Shown: in pieces, positions 1-15,441 of the stretch
How positions within the stretch are numbered: the first letter of the stretch is position 1
How the letters are laid out: every line of letters starts with the position of its first letter
Source of the DNA: the human T2T-CHM13v2.0 reference genome, Homo sapiens
NCBI RefSeq assembly: GCF_009914755.1
Contig: NC_060932.1
Direction: 5' to 3' (one strand)
Length of the DNA: 64,000 nt
Notes under the pieces: generated by a model
Database searches by the model: none
The model's input: the letters and a program-made list of their open reading frames with translations, nothing else
Told to the model about the DNA's origin: nothing
Made by a program: the position numbers and the translations under genes

Positions 1-1000
1 AGCTTGGCTGTATATAAAGTTCTCAGGCTATTTGTTCTTTCCTTGAGCACATTTATACATTGCTCCACTGTCTTCTAGCATTGAACATTGATGGGCAGAG
101 CCTTGGGGTCAGCCTCATCCACTCCCTGCTGCCTCTACTTATGGGTGACTTGAACTTTTTACCTTGATGTACACAGGCTTTTTGTTTTCTTCTTCTTTTC
201 TTTTTTTGAGACAGAATCTTGCTTTGTTGCCCCAGCTCGAGTGCAATGGTGCGATCTTGGCTCACTGCAACCTCCGCCTCCTAGCTAGGGTTCAAGCTAT
301 TCTCCTGCCTCAGCCTCCTGATTAGCTGGGATTACAGGCACACACCACCACGCCTGGCTAATTGTTGTATTTTCAGTAGAGATGGGGTTTCGCCATTTTG
401 GCCAGGCTGGTCTTGAACTCCTGACCTCAGGTGATCCATCTGCCATAGCCTCCCAAAGTGCTGGGATTACAGGCGTGAGCTACCGTGCCCAGCCTATACA
501 GGCTTTTTGGAATATGCCTCAGTGCTGAATGCTTTGTGTCAATTTTTTCTCGGACATGGTAGATTTATGTCTTCTCCTAGTTCTGGGACACTTTCTTGAG
601 TTATATTTTTAAATATTTAGTTTGTCTCATTATTTTTGTTTTCATCTTATACATAAATTGGGCCGCCATTGCCATTCATCCATAGCAGTTAGTTTCTCTC
701 TGATTTTTTTTTTTAATTATTTGCTTCCATTTCCTTTTTCCTGCTTTTCTAATTCTCTCTTCTCCAGCTCTTCCTGGGTTTTTGGCAATGCTTAGTCTCC
801 CTTGTGTTACTTCCAGTTTTTCTTTCATTTTTGTGATTTTCTTTCCTTCCACTTCTTTTCCAAGGTCTGCTAGTCATTAAAAAAATACTCTATTTCCTTA
901 TGAAATATTTTTTGTGTCCTCGTCTTTCCTCTTTGTAGTGGTTTGAATCTCCTGCATCATATTGGCAGTTGCTTCAACATCATGAAAAAGTCCATGATGA
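1..1000 (-). mobile_element. Old LINE-1 (L1M) ORF1-region fragment, interrupted by an Alu
   Basis: T-rich degraded sequence resembling antisense L1M ORF1; boundaries approximate. Confidence 0.45.
184..494 (-). mobile_element. Alu (AluSq/Sp-like)
   Basis: Full Alu dimer; TSD tacacaggcttttt / tatacaggcttttt. Confidence 0.95.
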
Positions 1001-1089
1001 AATACTTGTTCATAATTTTCACTTGTTTTGCTATAGGGTACTTGCACAGATAAGGATAGACATTTCTTTAACAGGGACCAAATATATTC

Positions 1090-2018
1090 TCTTACCCGAA
1101 GCAACCAAAAATCCACACAGAAGATATAAAACCATGGATATCAAGCAATGAAGATGGGAAACAAGGGAGATGAGTCCCGCAGCCGCCCCAGCTTGCCGCG
1201 TGCAGGGAGTTTCCAGGTTGTGGCATGGGAGGGAGAACCCAGGAAAAGCCCACAGCCTCCCTGACTTGGGAGGCATAGCTGGGAATCTGGGAGGCCAGGA
1301 TGGCTGGATTTTGCAGGGCAGAGTGCTGGCGAGGAGAGAGCTGCACAGTAAGAAAGAACTCTGGAGGTCTCCAGAGGTCCCCATTGAGTATCCAGCTCAG
1401 TACAGATTAGTACGAGTGTGAAAAAAGCACCTGAGGCTGGGGAAAGAGACACCTGGGATGATCCGAAGCCCACTCCTCAGAGCTCACCTGGGACCTGAGA
1501 CAGAGCCTGCTCCCCCAGCAGTCAGGCAGAACACCCAGAAGGGTTTTGCCTCAGTCGTGAAGATAATTTTTCCCTTGAAAAGTCCAACTTTTAATATTCA
1601 AAGACAGCTGGATAAATGGGGAAAAGCCAGTTTGTTATGAGGATACATTGACCAGAGACTAAATGCTGACCTGGTCCTGCTTTGCAAAGTTTAAAGGCAA
1701 GATCTAAAAGGATCAAACTGTTTTAAAGAAATGTACTATGGCTGGGCACGGTGGCTCACGCCTGTAATCCCAGCCCTTTGGGAGGCTGAGGTGGGCGGAT
1801 CACGAGGTCAGGAGTTCAAGACCAGCCTGGCCAACACAGTGAAACCACGTTGCTACTAAAAATACAAAAATTAGCTGGGCGTGGTGGTGGGCGCCTGTAA
1901 TCCCAGCTATTCGGGCGGCTGAGGCAGGAGAATCACTTGAACCCAGGAGGCAGAGGTTGCAGTGAGCCAAAATTGCGCCACTTCACTCCAGCCTGGGCGA
2001 CAGAGCTAGACTCCGTCT

Positions 2019-2063
<45 letters not shown>

Positions 2064-2515
2064 AATGAACTATGTCCAAAACTCAAGATTATTTTAGGAA
2101 TACAAAAAAGTCTAGCACCTGACAATCACATTGGTAATAAAAAAAATTGCCTAGCATGCAAAGGAATAGGAAAATAAGATCCACAATGAGGAGAAAAATC
2201 ATCAAAACTGACCCAGAAATAACGTAGGTATAGAATGAGCAAACAAGAACGTTAAAACAGTTATAACTGCATTTGATACATTCAAGAAGCTACAGGAAAG
2301 ATTGAACATGTTAAGTAGTGACACAGAAAATATAAAAAAGACTCAAGTTGAACTTCTAGAAGTAAAAACCACAATGTCTGAGATGAAAAGCAGAATTGAT
2401 AGGATTAGGAATTCATCCTAACTGAATGGGATTAGACACTGAAGAATAATACGTAGTAGTGAAGTTAACTACATAGCAATAGAAAGCATCCACAATGAAA
2501 CACCAAGAGAAAAAA
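1090..2515 (+). mobile_element. Old L1M 5' end / ORF1 start fragment
   Basis: A-rich L1 ORF1-like motifs (ttgaacttctagaagtaaaaaccacaatgtctgagatgaaaa), split by an Alu. Confidence 0.55.
1740..2061 (+). mobile_element. Alu (AluSg-like) with pure 42-nt A tail
   Basis: gatcacgaggtcaggagttc diagnostic; TSD aaagaaatgtactat / aaagaaatgaactat. Confidence 0.96.
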
Positions 2516-2519
2516 GAGT

Positions 2520-2916
2520 CACAAAAGGGCTCCTCGAGTAAGAGAAGGTTCCTCCTGCCTGCCTTCGAGCTGGGACATTGGCATTTTCCTTCCTTCAGAC
2601 TCAAACGGAAACACTGGTTCTTCCTGGGTCTTAAGCCTCCCCGCCTCAGCCTGAAGCCTTCAGTCTCCAGCTCTCCTTACTGCTGGCTCACCCTGCAGAT
2701 ATTCAGACTGGCTGGCCGGCCTCCAGAATCACACAGGACTATAGCTTTTTTTTTTTTTTTTCTTTTTTGTGGGCAAAGGGCTGAGATTACAAGTAAGAGT
2801 CACCATGCCCAGCCCAGTAAATTCCTTATAATAAATCTCTCTCTCTCCCTTTCTCAGAATATATGTGTTTTTAGAATATGTATATTCTGTTTCTCTGGAG
2901 AACCCTGACTAATACA
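2520..2916 (+). mobile_element. ERVL MLT2-family solo LTR (partial), containing a short Alu scrap
   Basis: Ends ttctgtttctctggagaaccctgactaataca, the typical MLT2 terminus; AATAAA upstream. Confidence 0.8.
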
Positions 2917-2927
2917 GTATCTCTCCA

Positions 2928-3230
<303 letters not shown>

Positions 3231-3958
3231 TTCCATTTATTTTTGTTTTATTTGATTTCTCTCAATAATATTTAGTAGTTTCAGTGTACCCCCAATCTTT
3301 TAGTTTTTTATCCTATTATAAATAGTATTTTTTGTCAATTTATGAGTTCTAGCAGAGATAGAAGTATATAAACATGTAACATGAAATCATAAACTGTATA
3401 CAATATAAGATACACATAAACCCCACGATTTTTATGTACAGTATGTGAACTAGATAAAAGTGGCTCAGCTGTGGGTGAGGGGCGGTGCTGGAGGAGCGTG
3501 GAGCCCTTCCCCTGACCTCCCATCCCAGTGCTCCATTTCCCTGAAGCAGTGAGGAATTCTGCACCAATTGATTTGAAAATTGTTGGTCTAAAACAATCAG
3601 ACATCTTGGGACACTCTTTCCTTCACTAGATTGATGTGCTCCCAACGAGAAAGTAATTTGTAGACTCCCATGGTCCATGTTACATTTATCTTCCAAAATA
3701 TCAATAAGATTGATTATACAATAGTGTTATCCACTGGGAAATGCTGCTATGAAAATATATGTGCTATAAAAATGCATCTGGGAAATTTTTGTGAGGTTAG
3801 CATGTCTTATTAGTAAGATAATTATAAGTTTGCAAGTATTTCTTGCTGGATTGTGTGATTATCATATGTGTCTCAGCGTCTGCAATGACAGAAAATTGAA
3901 TGTAGGGTAATACTCTTATTTTATATTGACATCCTTCTTTGCCATGTCCTAACCTCTA

Positions 3959-4170
3959 TTTTTTTTTTCTTTTTTGAGACAGGGTCTCACTCTGTCATCC
4001 AGGCTGGAGTGTAGTGACACAATCATAGCTCACCACAGCCTCGACCTCCCGGACTCAAGTGATCCTCCTGCCTCAGCCTCCTGAAGAGCTGGGACTACAG
4101 CTGTGCACCATTGTGCTAATTTTTAAATTTTTTGTAGAACTGGAGTCTTCTTATGTTGTTTAGGCTGGAG
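3959..4170 (-). mobile_element. 5'-truncated AluJ
   Basis: acagggtctcac / atcatagctcac AluJ-type right arm. Confidence 0.9.
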
Positions 4171-4204
4171 TCCTGACCTTTTTAAGGTCAGAGCCATTAT
4201 ATAT

Positions 4205-4208
<4 letters not shown>

Positions 4209-4248
<40 letters not shown>
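4209..4248. repeat. (AC)20 microsatellite
   Basis: Perfect dinucleotide run. Confidence 0.99.
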
Positions 4249-4250
<2 letters not shown>

Positions 4251-4351
4251 TGTAGTCCCGTGAAAGTGACAATGTTCCCAATCATTCCTCTGTGAATCTG
4301 TAGGAACGGACACCTAGGGCTCAGTTAAGACCCAGCTCTGTGATTGCTTCT

Positions 4352-4714
4352 TGTATCAATTCTCTTGAGTCTCTATAACAAAACAGCACAGTTTGGGTGA
4401 CTTAAAAAATGGAAATTTATTTCTCACAGTTCCGGAAGCTGGGAATCCAAGATCAAGGTGCTGGCTGATTTGCTATCTGGTGAGGACCCCTTCCTAGCTT
4501 GCAGCCAGCCACCACATTGTGTCCTCACATGGAGGAGAGAGAGACAGCCCTCTTTCCCTCCTTATAAGGCTACCAACCCCATCATGAGGAGCCTACCCTC
4601 ATGGCCTCATCTAACCCTAACCCCTCCCAAAGGCCCATTGCCAATGATACAATGATATTTGGGGTTAGGGCTTCACCATATGAATTTGGGGGAGATACAG
4701 TTCAGTCCATAGCA
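4352..4714 (-). mobile_element. MaLR solo LTR (MLT1A-like)
   Basis: tttatttctcacagttccggaagctggg ... ttcagtccatagca; TG...CA ends. Confidence 0.85.
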
Positions 4715-5665
4715 CCCTGCTTCACTCATTTGTTCATCTCTGATGGGTAGGGAGGAGCTTCTCACTGTCATCAGCCTAGCAAGGCTGATGTCACCTTGAT
4801 CCAGCCACAGTTACTCTTGTATTTAAGTTTTTGACCCTTTGTTTAGTGTTTAAATCTGAGAGTCAACCTGCTAGATTCCTCATCTGTAATTAGTAGAGCA
4901 AGCCTCAGTCCTCCACATGGTATAGATAATGTTCACTGCTCTTCTATGTCTTTCCCTCCCTCCCTACAGGATCATGGCTGTCCCGAGAGTGCATGTGTAG
5001 TGCCATCCTGCTTCTCAGCGTTCTTACCACCAAAATTGATGCACAAATTATTGGACAAAATGAGCTCGGGATCTGAGGGAAAGACTGCAGAGAACATGAA
5101 TACCTACAGTCAAACCTTGTTCTTTTCTGGAACAAACTGTTATGACTTGGATGAGCCTGATTCCAGGTCATGCTGCAGCTGGAGCTGTGCATCAAACTTT
5201 TAGTTCTGCTCAGATCTCTCTCTGCATCTCTCTATTTTGGGGTTAGTTCAGGTGTGTGTGTGTGTGTACACTTGCACACTGTGTGCAGGGGCACAGATGT
5301 GAGTTTCAAGAAAAGGTGGCTGTGAAGGCTGCTTCTTTCATGTTATTATCTTGTCCTTGTCCAGGCCACCACCGATATTAGGACTTAAGTCCAACTCTTA
5401 TCACTTCTTTATTACAGAGAAGAAATGAACGGCCACTGGCCCATATCCTTTAAGTGCACAGCACATGAGACGTCCTTTCCTTGCCCAGGCAGTGACTTCA
5501 GGAAGCCATAGCAGTAAGGCAGGTACAAGGACCCTGTTGTCCTTCTGAAAATTATGAGACTGTCCGGGTTTCAGGTTCTAACATTTTAGTACTTAGGTCA
5601 TCCACTTTGGAGGCTGGTTAAATAATCTTAGTTAACAGAGGGAAAATGACTTCAAAGTAAGTTGA

Positions 5666-6322
<657 letters not shown>

Positions 6323-6375
6323 TAATGATATTATGTGTCATTGTTTGATCATTCTGCTGGTTTTAATTTTTTAGA

Positions 6376-6461
6376 TGGAGTCAAAATGTGAAACTTGTGC
6401 TCAACATTTGCTGAGGTTATTTAAGCCTTTACCTTTGTAGAAATAAAGTTTTCCAAAATAG
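6376..6461 (+). repeat. Arm 1 of an 86-bp inverted duplication
   Basis: Reverse complement matches 8298-8383 at 83/86. Confidence 0.95.
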
Positions 6462-6630
6462 GAAATTTCAATGCTATTTGAATGTCATTGAGGGGAAGGG
6501 AAGAGAGTGAGATTCTGGAGCATGCATGGAGGGATAAGCGCTTGCTGAACCACCACTACACATGAGAGTGGGACTCAGATGGCATCAGGTGTCTCTTGAC
6601 ACCTTGAGTTCTGCTGAGTCTGTACATGGG

Positions 6631-6945
6631 CAAAATTGACAAGCCTTTAACTAGACTGACCAAGAAAATAAAAAGAGTGAAGACTGAAATGACTCCAATC
6701 AGGGGTATTATTACTGACCTTAGAGAAATAAAAAGGATTATGCCAACACGCTAGATAACAAAGACAAGTTCCTAGAAAGACACAAACTAAAAAACTAACT
6801 CAAGAAGAAACAGAAAATCTGAATAGAACTACAAAAAGAAAAGAGATCAAATTAGTAATTAAAAAAAAAAACTAACCACAAAGAAAAGCTCAGGCCCAAA
6901 TGCTTTGCTGCTGAACTCTACCAAACATTTACAGAATTCACACCA
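6631..6945 (+). mobile_element. L1M ORF2 fragment
   Basis: aaaattgacaagcctttaactagact ... ctctaccaaacattta. Confidence 0.85.
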
Positions 6946-6947
6946 AC

Positions 6948-7246
<299 letters not shown>

Positions 7247-7423
7247 CAACAAATCCATTTATAAAATATTAATAGTTGGTTTCTCAATACCATTGCACAC
7301 TTAAAAAACAAAAATAAAATGCGCATTTCTTACAGCCTTGGAGAGGGTCCATTATTCTTGTGTTTACATATTTTTAAAACAGCATAAATGGATTTATTCT
7401 ACGTGTAATGCTCCATGGCTTGG

Positions 7424-7727
7424 TTTTTTTTTTTTTTTTCTTTGAGACTGAGTCTCGCTCTGTCGCCAGGCTGGAGTGCAGATGCACGGTCTTGCCTCAC
7501 TGTAACCTCCGCCTCCTGGGTTCAAGTGATTCTTGTGTCTCAGCCTCCCGAGTAGCTGGGATTATAGGCACAGGCCACCACACCAGCTAATTTTTGTATT
7601 TTTAGTAGAGACAGGGTTTCATCATGTTGGCCAGGCTGGTCTCAAACTCCTACCTTGCGATCTGCCCCCCTTGGCCTCCCAAAGTGCTAGGATTACAGGT
7701 GTGAGCCACTGTGCCCGCACCCCCGCC
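7424..7727 (-). mobile_element. Alu (AluSc-like)
   Basis: gtcgccaggc one-base deletion. Confidence 0.93.
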
Positions 7728-8084
7728 TCCTTTTTTTTTTTTTTTGAATCTAACAATGTGTTTTATCAGCCTTTCCCTGGCAGTATATGTGGGTCCACCC
7801 CATGCTTTAAGTGGCTGCATGTTAGTCACTTTGACTCCTGCACACAGTTGGTCCAACATTCAGGTCAATTTTTAGTTTTCGTCATTACTGATGATGCTGC
7901 AAAGAATAAATTTGTATGAACCTCTTTGTGCACATGTGTGAATATTTCTAGAGGAGAGATCCTGTGTGTAAAATTTTGTATCTCATTAAGATTCAATCTT
8001 TATCTCCATAATGACTGATGATATTGTGCTCGTTTTCAGATATTTATCACCCATTTGCATCTCTTCTGGGAATTACTTTTTTGA

Positions 8085-8294
<210 letters not shown>

Positions 8295-8297
8295 TAA

Positions 8298-8383
8298 CTA
8301 TTTTGGAAATCTTTATTTCTACAAAGGTAAAGACTTAAATAACCTCAGCAAATGTTGAACACAAGTTTCACATTTTGACTCCA
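8298..8383 (-). repeat. Arm 2 of the 86-bp inverted duplication
   Basis: Inverted copy of 6376-6461. Confidence 0.95.
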
Positions 8384-8461
8384 ACACACACCTGTAATTA
8401 GTTTTTTTAAAAAACAAATTACAAATTTAAATTTTCAGCTTTATTTAAATAATTTTGTTTC

Positions 8462-8889
<428 letters not shown>

Positions 8890-8962
8890 TAGTCGTCCAC
8901 ACATAGTAAGCCTTTTCTCTTCCATTCTAGTACTCTTCCTTTTCTTTGTAGCATTGGTTTGA

Positions 8963-9300
<338 letters not shown>

Positions 9301-10423
9301 CCAGGCCCGAATGTCTTGTCTTGTTCCTGCTTGAACAAGAAGATGTTGTTAGTGGTTGTGTTTGCTGAAACCCTCCATCAAAGGTTGACTCTCACTTAAG
9401 GAAGTTTCTGCTCTTGCACGGTTAGTTTCATAATGGTTTTGATTAGGCACAGATGACTTTTTATCCATGTCCTTCATGGAGTGACCTGCATTGGGTGTGT
9501 CACATGCATCACAGGCCAGTAAAAATGCAGTTGGCTGCCAAGGAATTGGTTGCTTCATGCCTTTGGCCTCTGTGTGGGCTTTTTCGCAGGGGGACTCCTG
9601 CACTCTCACACCCCACTTTCCACCCATGAGGTGGAGGCAACCCTAGGCGGGATCTCTTCTGCCTGGAAACCCAGATTGCCACCCCTCAGTTGCTCCTGTG
9701 GAATCCTGGGGTTGCTGCCTGCGCTACCTGGCCTTTCCTTTCCATCCAGGAGCTCATAGTCCTCATTTGCCAGGCCGTCTGGCCTGGGTGAATGGAAGCC
9801 CTCTGGCCTCCAGCAAAAACTTTCTAGCTAGAGGATGGGATGGGCCACACTCAGACCATAGGGACTGAGGTGGGGTATAGGGGTCTTTCCAAGGACACTG
9901 CTGTGTAGGGCAGGCAACCACACAGGCATTCATGATAGTCTCCTTCCTATTGACAACCATGTTGACAACCTAGGCTCCTGGTCTCCCAGGCCCATAGAGT
10001 ACTTCTCCTCCCCTCCTGCAGAGCATCCCCTTTCTGTTATTTCTGCAAGTCCCCAGAGAGGCACCTTACATATGCTCACAAGCATGTCTATGATCCCAGC
10101 CCCACTGCTCCTTAGAGAATGTCCCAGTGTGTGTTGAGGCTGCCTGCCCTATTCTTCCATGGCTCTCGGGGCCCAACAGCCCTGGGTCTGTCGAGCAGTG
10201 TGTGGAATGGGCCCTCCTGCCTGTGCGGTCCTCCCTCGAGAGCAGGGAGCATCATGCAGCTGTGTGAATCACAGCTGAGGAAATCAAAAGGGCAAGGCAA
10301 GAGTGTAAAGCTTTGCCACCATTGTTTTTTTTTTTTTCCCTACTACAAACCCTGGGACTACATTGGCTGTGTTTTCTATAATCTTAGTGGGTGAGAGATG
10401 TAACATGAAGAGTTGAGGAATGA

Positions 10424-11124
<701 letters not shown>

Positions 11125-11404
11125 TGACACCAGAATTTTCTTGTCTTTATTAATATGAGGAGGGGAAGGGAGGTAGTCACAGAGTAATTTGAAGTAGTTA
11201 AAAAAACTGTTTGGCATTGTATTAATCTGGGTTCTCCAGAGAAACAGAACTTAACAACTTGTAGGTTATAACAAATGAAATGAACTTGTGCAGATATGTC
11301 TGGACTAAACAGTAAGACTTCGTCGAATGTATGAGCGAGTAAGAAGTGAGATTGTGTGCACTGTTGGGAAGTATTAATATAAGAAATGTCACTTCTCCCT
11401 GATT

Positions 11405-11855
11405 AATTAGTACAATACCAATCAAATATCAACTGACTTTTGTTAAAGCCTGAGATGTTGATCCCAAGATTCTCTTGGAAACTCTAACAGCTATAAACAG
11501 TAAAAACCCAATCTGGAGAGGAAGTACCAAGAGAGAGTGTTATTCCTACCAGATAGCAAGTCCCTTTATACAATTATGTAATTAAGAGACAGAAATAAGA
11601 AATAGCTCAATTAAGCAGAGGAGAAAAAGCCCAGAGATAGACTCACATGTGTATAGAAACTAGATCCAAGGCAGAGGGATCTTTGGGAACTCCTGGGGAA
11701 GAATGGACTCTTCCATATGAGGCGCCAGGAGGAGAGGTTATGCAGACAGGAAATGAATGAGATTCCCTGTCATACTCAAAAACCAGTTCCAGATAAATGC
11801 AGGCCTACATGTGAAAAGCAAAACTCTAAAACTTTGAGAGAAAAAATATAGCAGA
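11405..11855 (+). mobile_element. Old L1ME ORF2 fragment
   Basis: Degraded ORF2 C-terminal motifs. Confidence 0.6.
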
Positions 11856-11857
11856 CT

Positions 11858-12085
11858 CTTCTGGGTTGATTTGTGTCCCTCCAAGAAGATCTCCTGAAGT
11901 CCTAACTCCCAGTATCTCAGAATGGGACCTTATTGGGGAATAGGGTCTTTACAGAGAAAACCAAGTTAAGATGAGGTCATTAGGGTGGGCCCTAATCCAA
12001 TATGGACTGGTGTCCTTATGAAATGAGGAAATCTGGACGCAGACCCGACAGAGGGAAGACAGTGTGAAGACGTACAGGGAGCCTC
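11858..12085 (+). mobile_element. MaLR LTR fragment (MLT1B-like)
   Basis: gttaagatgaggtcattagggtgggccctaatccaatatggactggtgtcctta. Confidence 0.85.
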
Positions 12086-12214
12086 TATGCCCATGGTAGT
12101 GAGAGCATCTGAGTACACATGGGGATGATGGAAATGCTTTCCTCTGGGGAGGAAGGGTGGCGCATGGGCTTCAAAGTGATCCGTGAAGTTATGTTCATTA
12201 GAAAAGGAAGTAAA

Positions 12215-12505
12215 GGCTGGGTGCTGTGGCTTACGCCTGTAATCCCAGCATTTTGGGAGGCTGAGGCAGGTGGATTGCTTGAGCCCAGGAGGTTGAGACC
12301 AGCTTGGGCAACATGGCAAATCTCTGTTTCTATGAAAAGTACAAAATGAGTTGGGTGTGGTGACGAGCACCTGTAGTCCCAGCTACTCAGGAGGCTGAGG
12401 TGGGAGGAACACTTGAGCCTGGGAGGCTGAGGCTGCAGAGAGCCAAGATCATGCCACTGCACTCCAGCCTGGGTGACAGACCTTATTTCAAAAAAAGAGA
12501 AGAAA
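12215..12505 (+). mobile_element. AluJ
   Basis: ttgcttgagcccagg; full dimer. Confidence 0.94.
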
Positions 12506-12648
12506 ATGTGACAAAATAATATTTATCTTATTATCCATGTTCTTTGTGCTTGAAATAGCTCAGTAAACAAGTACCTAGAACATCTTGTTGAGTGCTCAGC
12601 CGGCGAACGACCACGAGGATGTGGGGGTGGGGTGGGAGGTCTCACTTC

Positions 12649-12935
12649 TTTTTTTCCTTTTTTTTTTGAGACGGGGTCTCACTCTCACTCAGGCTGGAGT
12701 GCTGTGGCGCAATCGTGACTCACTGCAGCCTCGAAATCCTGGACTCAGGTGATCCTCCCACTTCCGCCTCCTGACTCGCTGGGACTACAGCCATGTCACT
12801 GTGCCTGGCTAATTTTTTTTTAAAAAGTTCTTTTTTGGAGATAAGGCTGGTCTCAAACTCCTTGGCCTCAAATGATCCTCCCACTTTGGCCTCCTGAAGT
12901 GCTGGGATTACAGGTGTGAGCCACTGCTCCCAGCT
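12649..12935 (-). mobile_element. AluJ
   Basis: Diverged dimer. Confidence 0.92.
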
Positions 12936-12959
12936 CCAGGTTTCACCTTCTAATAGGAG

Positions 12960-13200
12960 GCCAGGCCGGCTTTGGTGGAGATGAGAAGGGAGGCCCAGGA
13001 GGAGAGGGAGCAGTCAGGATGGTGAGAGGGGTCAGAGCCCGTGGGCCAGTCAGTGAAGACACTGTTTTCCCCCTGAGGGACATGGGCAGCCACTTCGGGG
13101 TCTTGAGCTGAGAAGGGATATGTATGGACACACATTTAGCACTGTCCCACTGGCTGCAGCATTGAGGGGCGAGAAAGGGCCCTGGAGGACTGCAGGGTCA
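12960..13200 (-). mobile_element. L2 fragment
   Basis: gggcagccacttcggggtcttgagctgag ... cactggctgc resembles antisense L2. Confidence 0.55.
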
Positions 13201-13456
13201 GTGCGTGGAGGAGGGAGAGGTGCTGGGGCATGGGGAGCGAGAGACGCTCAGACAAGTGCCTCTTGCATTTCAGACATTGGCCCGCCTGTGCCTTACACCT
13301 TTCTGTCTGGCGTGGGGTTTCATCTCCTTGAAGGCTAGGATCCCTAGGATGGTATAAACAGAACAGGGCTCTGGAACACCAGAGGGCTCAGGAAACTCAC
13401 AAGTGACTTTTCCTTATGCTGTGACAAAAAGGTTCTCTGCAGCATTTTGAGCTTAA

Positions 13457-13567
13457 GATGAATTTGTACAGCACTTGGATTTTACTTTTGACTGCTTTGT
13501 GAAAGGGTCCCTGTCAACGTCATGCAGCTGTAGGATGAACTTGCTGCTGGAGCACTTCCCTGGAGGC
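13457..13567. repeat. Copy 1 of an unclassified diverged direct repeat
   Basis: Two 34-nt blocks matching 14867-14981 at 33/34 and 30/34. Confidence 0.92.
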
Positions 13568-14866
13568 CTGGCCTCCAGCCCCAGCCCCTCCCCACCTGCA
13601 CAGTGCTGATGTTGCCTGGGGAGCCCTCAAGTCTCCCCAGATACTGTGTATTTTAATAAAAATATTAGCGTATTTTTTAGAACTCATAAACACCATGTTG
13701 GTCTCTTTTTTTACATTTTTAATGGGAGTCACAAGAAATCTGGCTTAAAAATAAGGTGAAACAAGGTGATATTTGACACAGAAATAGCAGTGCCTGTAGA
13801 TGCCGAGACCCTCTCAGACGCTGGACATTGAAGGTAAACGTGCTGAGGTCTGCGTGAGTTGTTATTTGTGAAGTGCTGGACATGAGCACTGGCCTTCTGA
13901 AATGTCATCTGCTAAACCAAGAACAGAACAGGCCTTTCTCCCGGGAAGTTTTTATAAGCTGAAGACCCACGGCAGGACAGAGTTCACTACACAACATGGA
14001 GAACGCACAGGCGAGACTGTCTGGTGGGTGGTCTCCGCGCAGGATTAGGGGAGCCCATGCTTCCCAGTACCGAGAGTTAGACATGGAGTGGATGCAACTT
14101 TGAAAAATCTTTTTCATTTCCCCAGTTTAGTCACTAGGAGGAGCATGCACATAGCAAGTCCGTGTTGCTTTGCAAATCCTGATGAATTTCCGGAATTACA
14201 CTTTTAAGATTAAGTTGAATAAGTTCTGAGCGCGATTCCCCATCCATGGGTGACTGTTTTGTTTGGAAACAGTTTCATTTGCTGTAAGAACTAAATGAGA
14301 TTATGATAAAGAGGGTGCAGAAACCATAGAGAAGCCTCTAAGTTTTGCACTTGCTCCACGGGCCAGCCCTACTTTAGTGATGGAATTGACTGAAAGTCAA
14401 TTATAATTTGGGTCAGTGTCAGGTGCTTTACACATCTGTTCCCTATACCCAGGAAATCTGTGCAACTTCTCCTGGGCATGTTTGGAACTGAGAGAAAGAA
14501 ATGTAGGTGTGTCGGGTTTCAAAATACTCTATGTAGGAAGCATGCCTTGTTTTGATCAGTCACTTTCCTAGTTCTTATAAATATCTGGGGGGGGGATTGT
14601 TTTCTCTCAACTGAGTTTTATCAAAGCTGGAAGTGATTTTTTTTCTGTGCGCAGCTTATGGAGTTATCATAAGGTTGAAATGTTTTGAAAATGTGGAAGA
14701 TAAAAGTGATTTTTTAAGGTGGTGGGATCGTAAGTGTACTACAAGTTACTTTCATTAATGTTGGAATGGTTTTATTAGGGCAATACTAACAATACTAATG
14801 GCTTGAGAGATTTTTTTTTTCTTCAATTTTAAAATCAAGTGCTTTTTCTTGGCTGTGTCAGGTAGG

Positions 14867-14981
14867 GATGAATTTGTACAGCACGTGGATTTTACTTTTG
14901 GTTGTGTGTTATGAGAGGGTTCGCATCACTGTCGTGCAGCTGCAGGATGAACTGGTTGCTGGAGAAATTTCTCCTGGAGGC
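14867..14981. repeat. Copy 2 of the unclassified diverged direct repeat
   Basis: Offset 1410 bp from copy 1. Confidence 0.92.
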
Positions 14982-15133
14982 AGGGCCATACAGCCTCCTC
15001 TCCCGGGTGTGCCCTGGGGAGAATCATCCCCCCACCCGCTTCTCCACATCGCCTGTAACATTTGTATTTAATAAGTAGCAAAAATATATCTAAACACAAG
15101 AATATCACTTTCATTGCATGGGGAACCTGCAGC

Positions 15134-15441
15134 TTTTTCTTTTCTTTCATTTTTTTTCTTTTTTTTTGAGACAGGGTCTCGCTCTGTCACCCATGCTGTA
15201 GTGCAGTGGCACAAACACAGCTCATTGCCACCTTGACTCTCAGGCTCAAGCAATCTTTCCACCTCAGCCTCCCAAGTAGCTGGGACTACGGGAGTGCACC
15301 ACCGCACCTGGCTAATTTTTGTATTTTTTGGTGGAGACTGGGTTTCACCATATTGCCCAGGCTGTTCTCCTAGGCACAAGATCTGCCTGCCTTGGCCTCC
15401 CAAAGTGCTGGGATTACAGGTGTGAGCTACTGTGCCAGGCC
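15134..15441 (-). mobile_element. AluJ
   Basis: Dimer with AluJ-type right arm. Confidence 0.93.

Noticed and set aside
3550-3800. Minus-strand NLTKISQMHFYSTYIFIAAFPS resembling a hAT dimerisation motif
   Set aside because: Key C-E residues are absent and I found no terminal repeats; cannot support without an HMM search
4970-5166. Possible + strand exon with a strong acceptor
   Set aside because: Donor is weak (GTCATG), peptide unrecognised, no partner exon established
14180-14229. TGATGA...CTGA pair resembling a C/D box snoRNA
   Set aside because: Only about 50 nt, no purine before box C, no proper terminal stem, no recognisable guide
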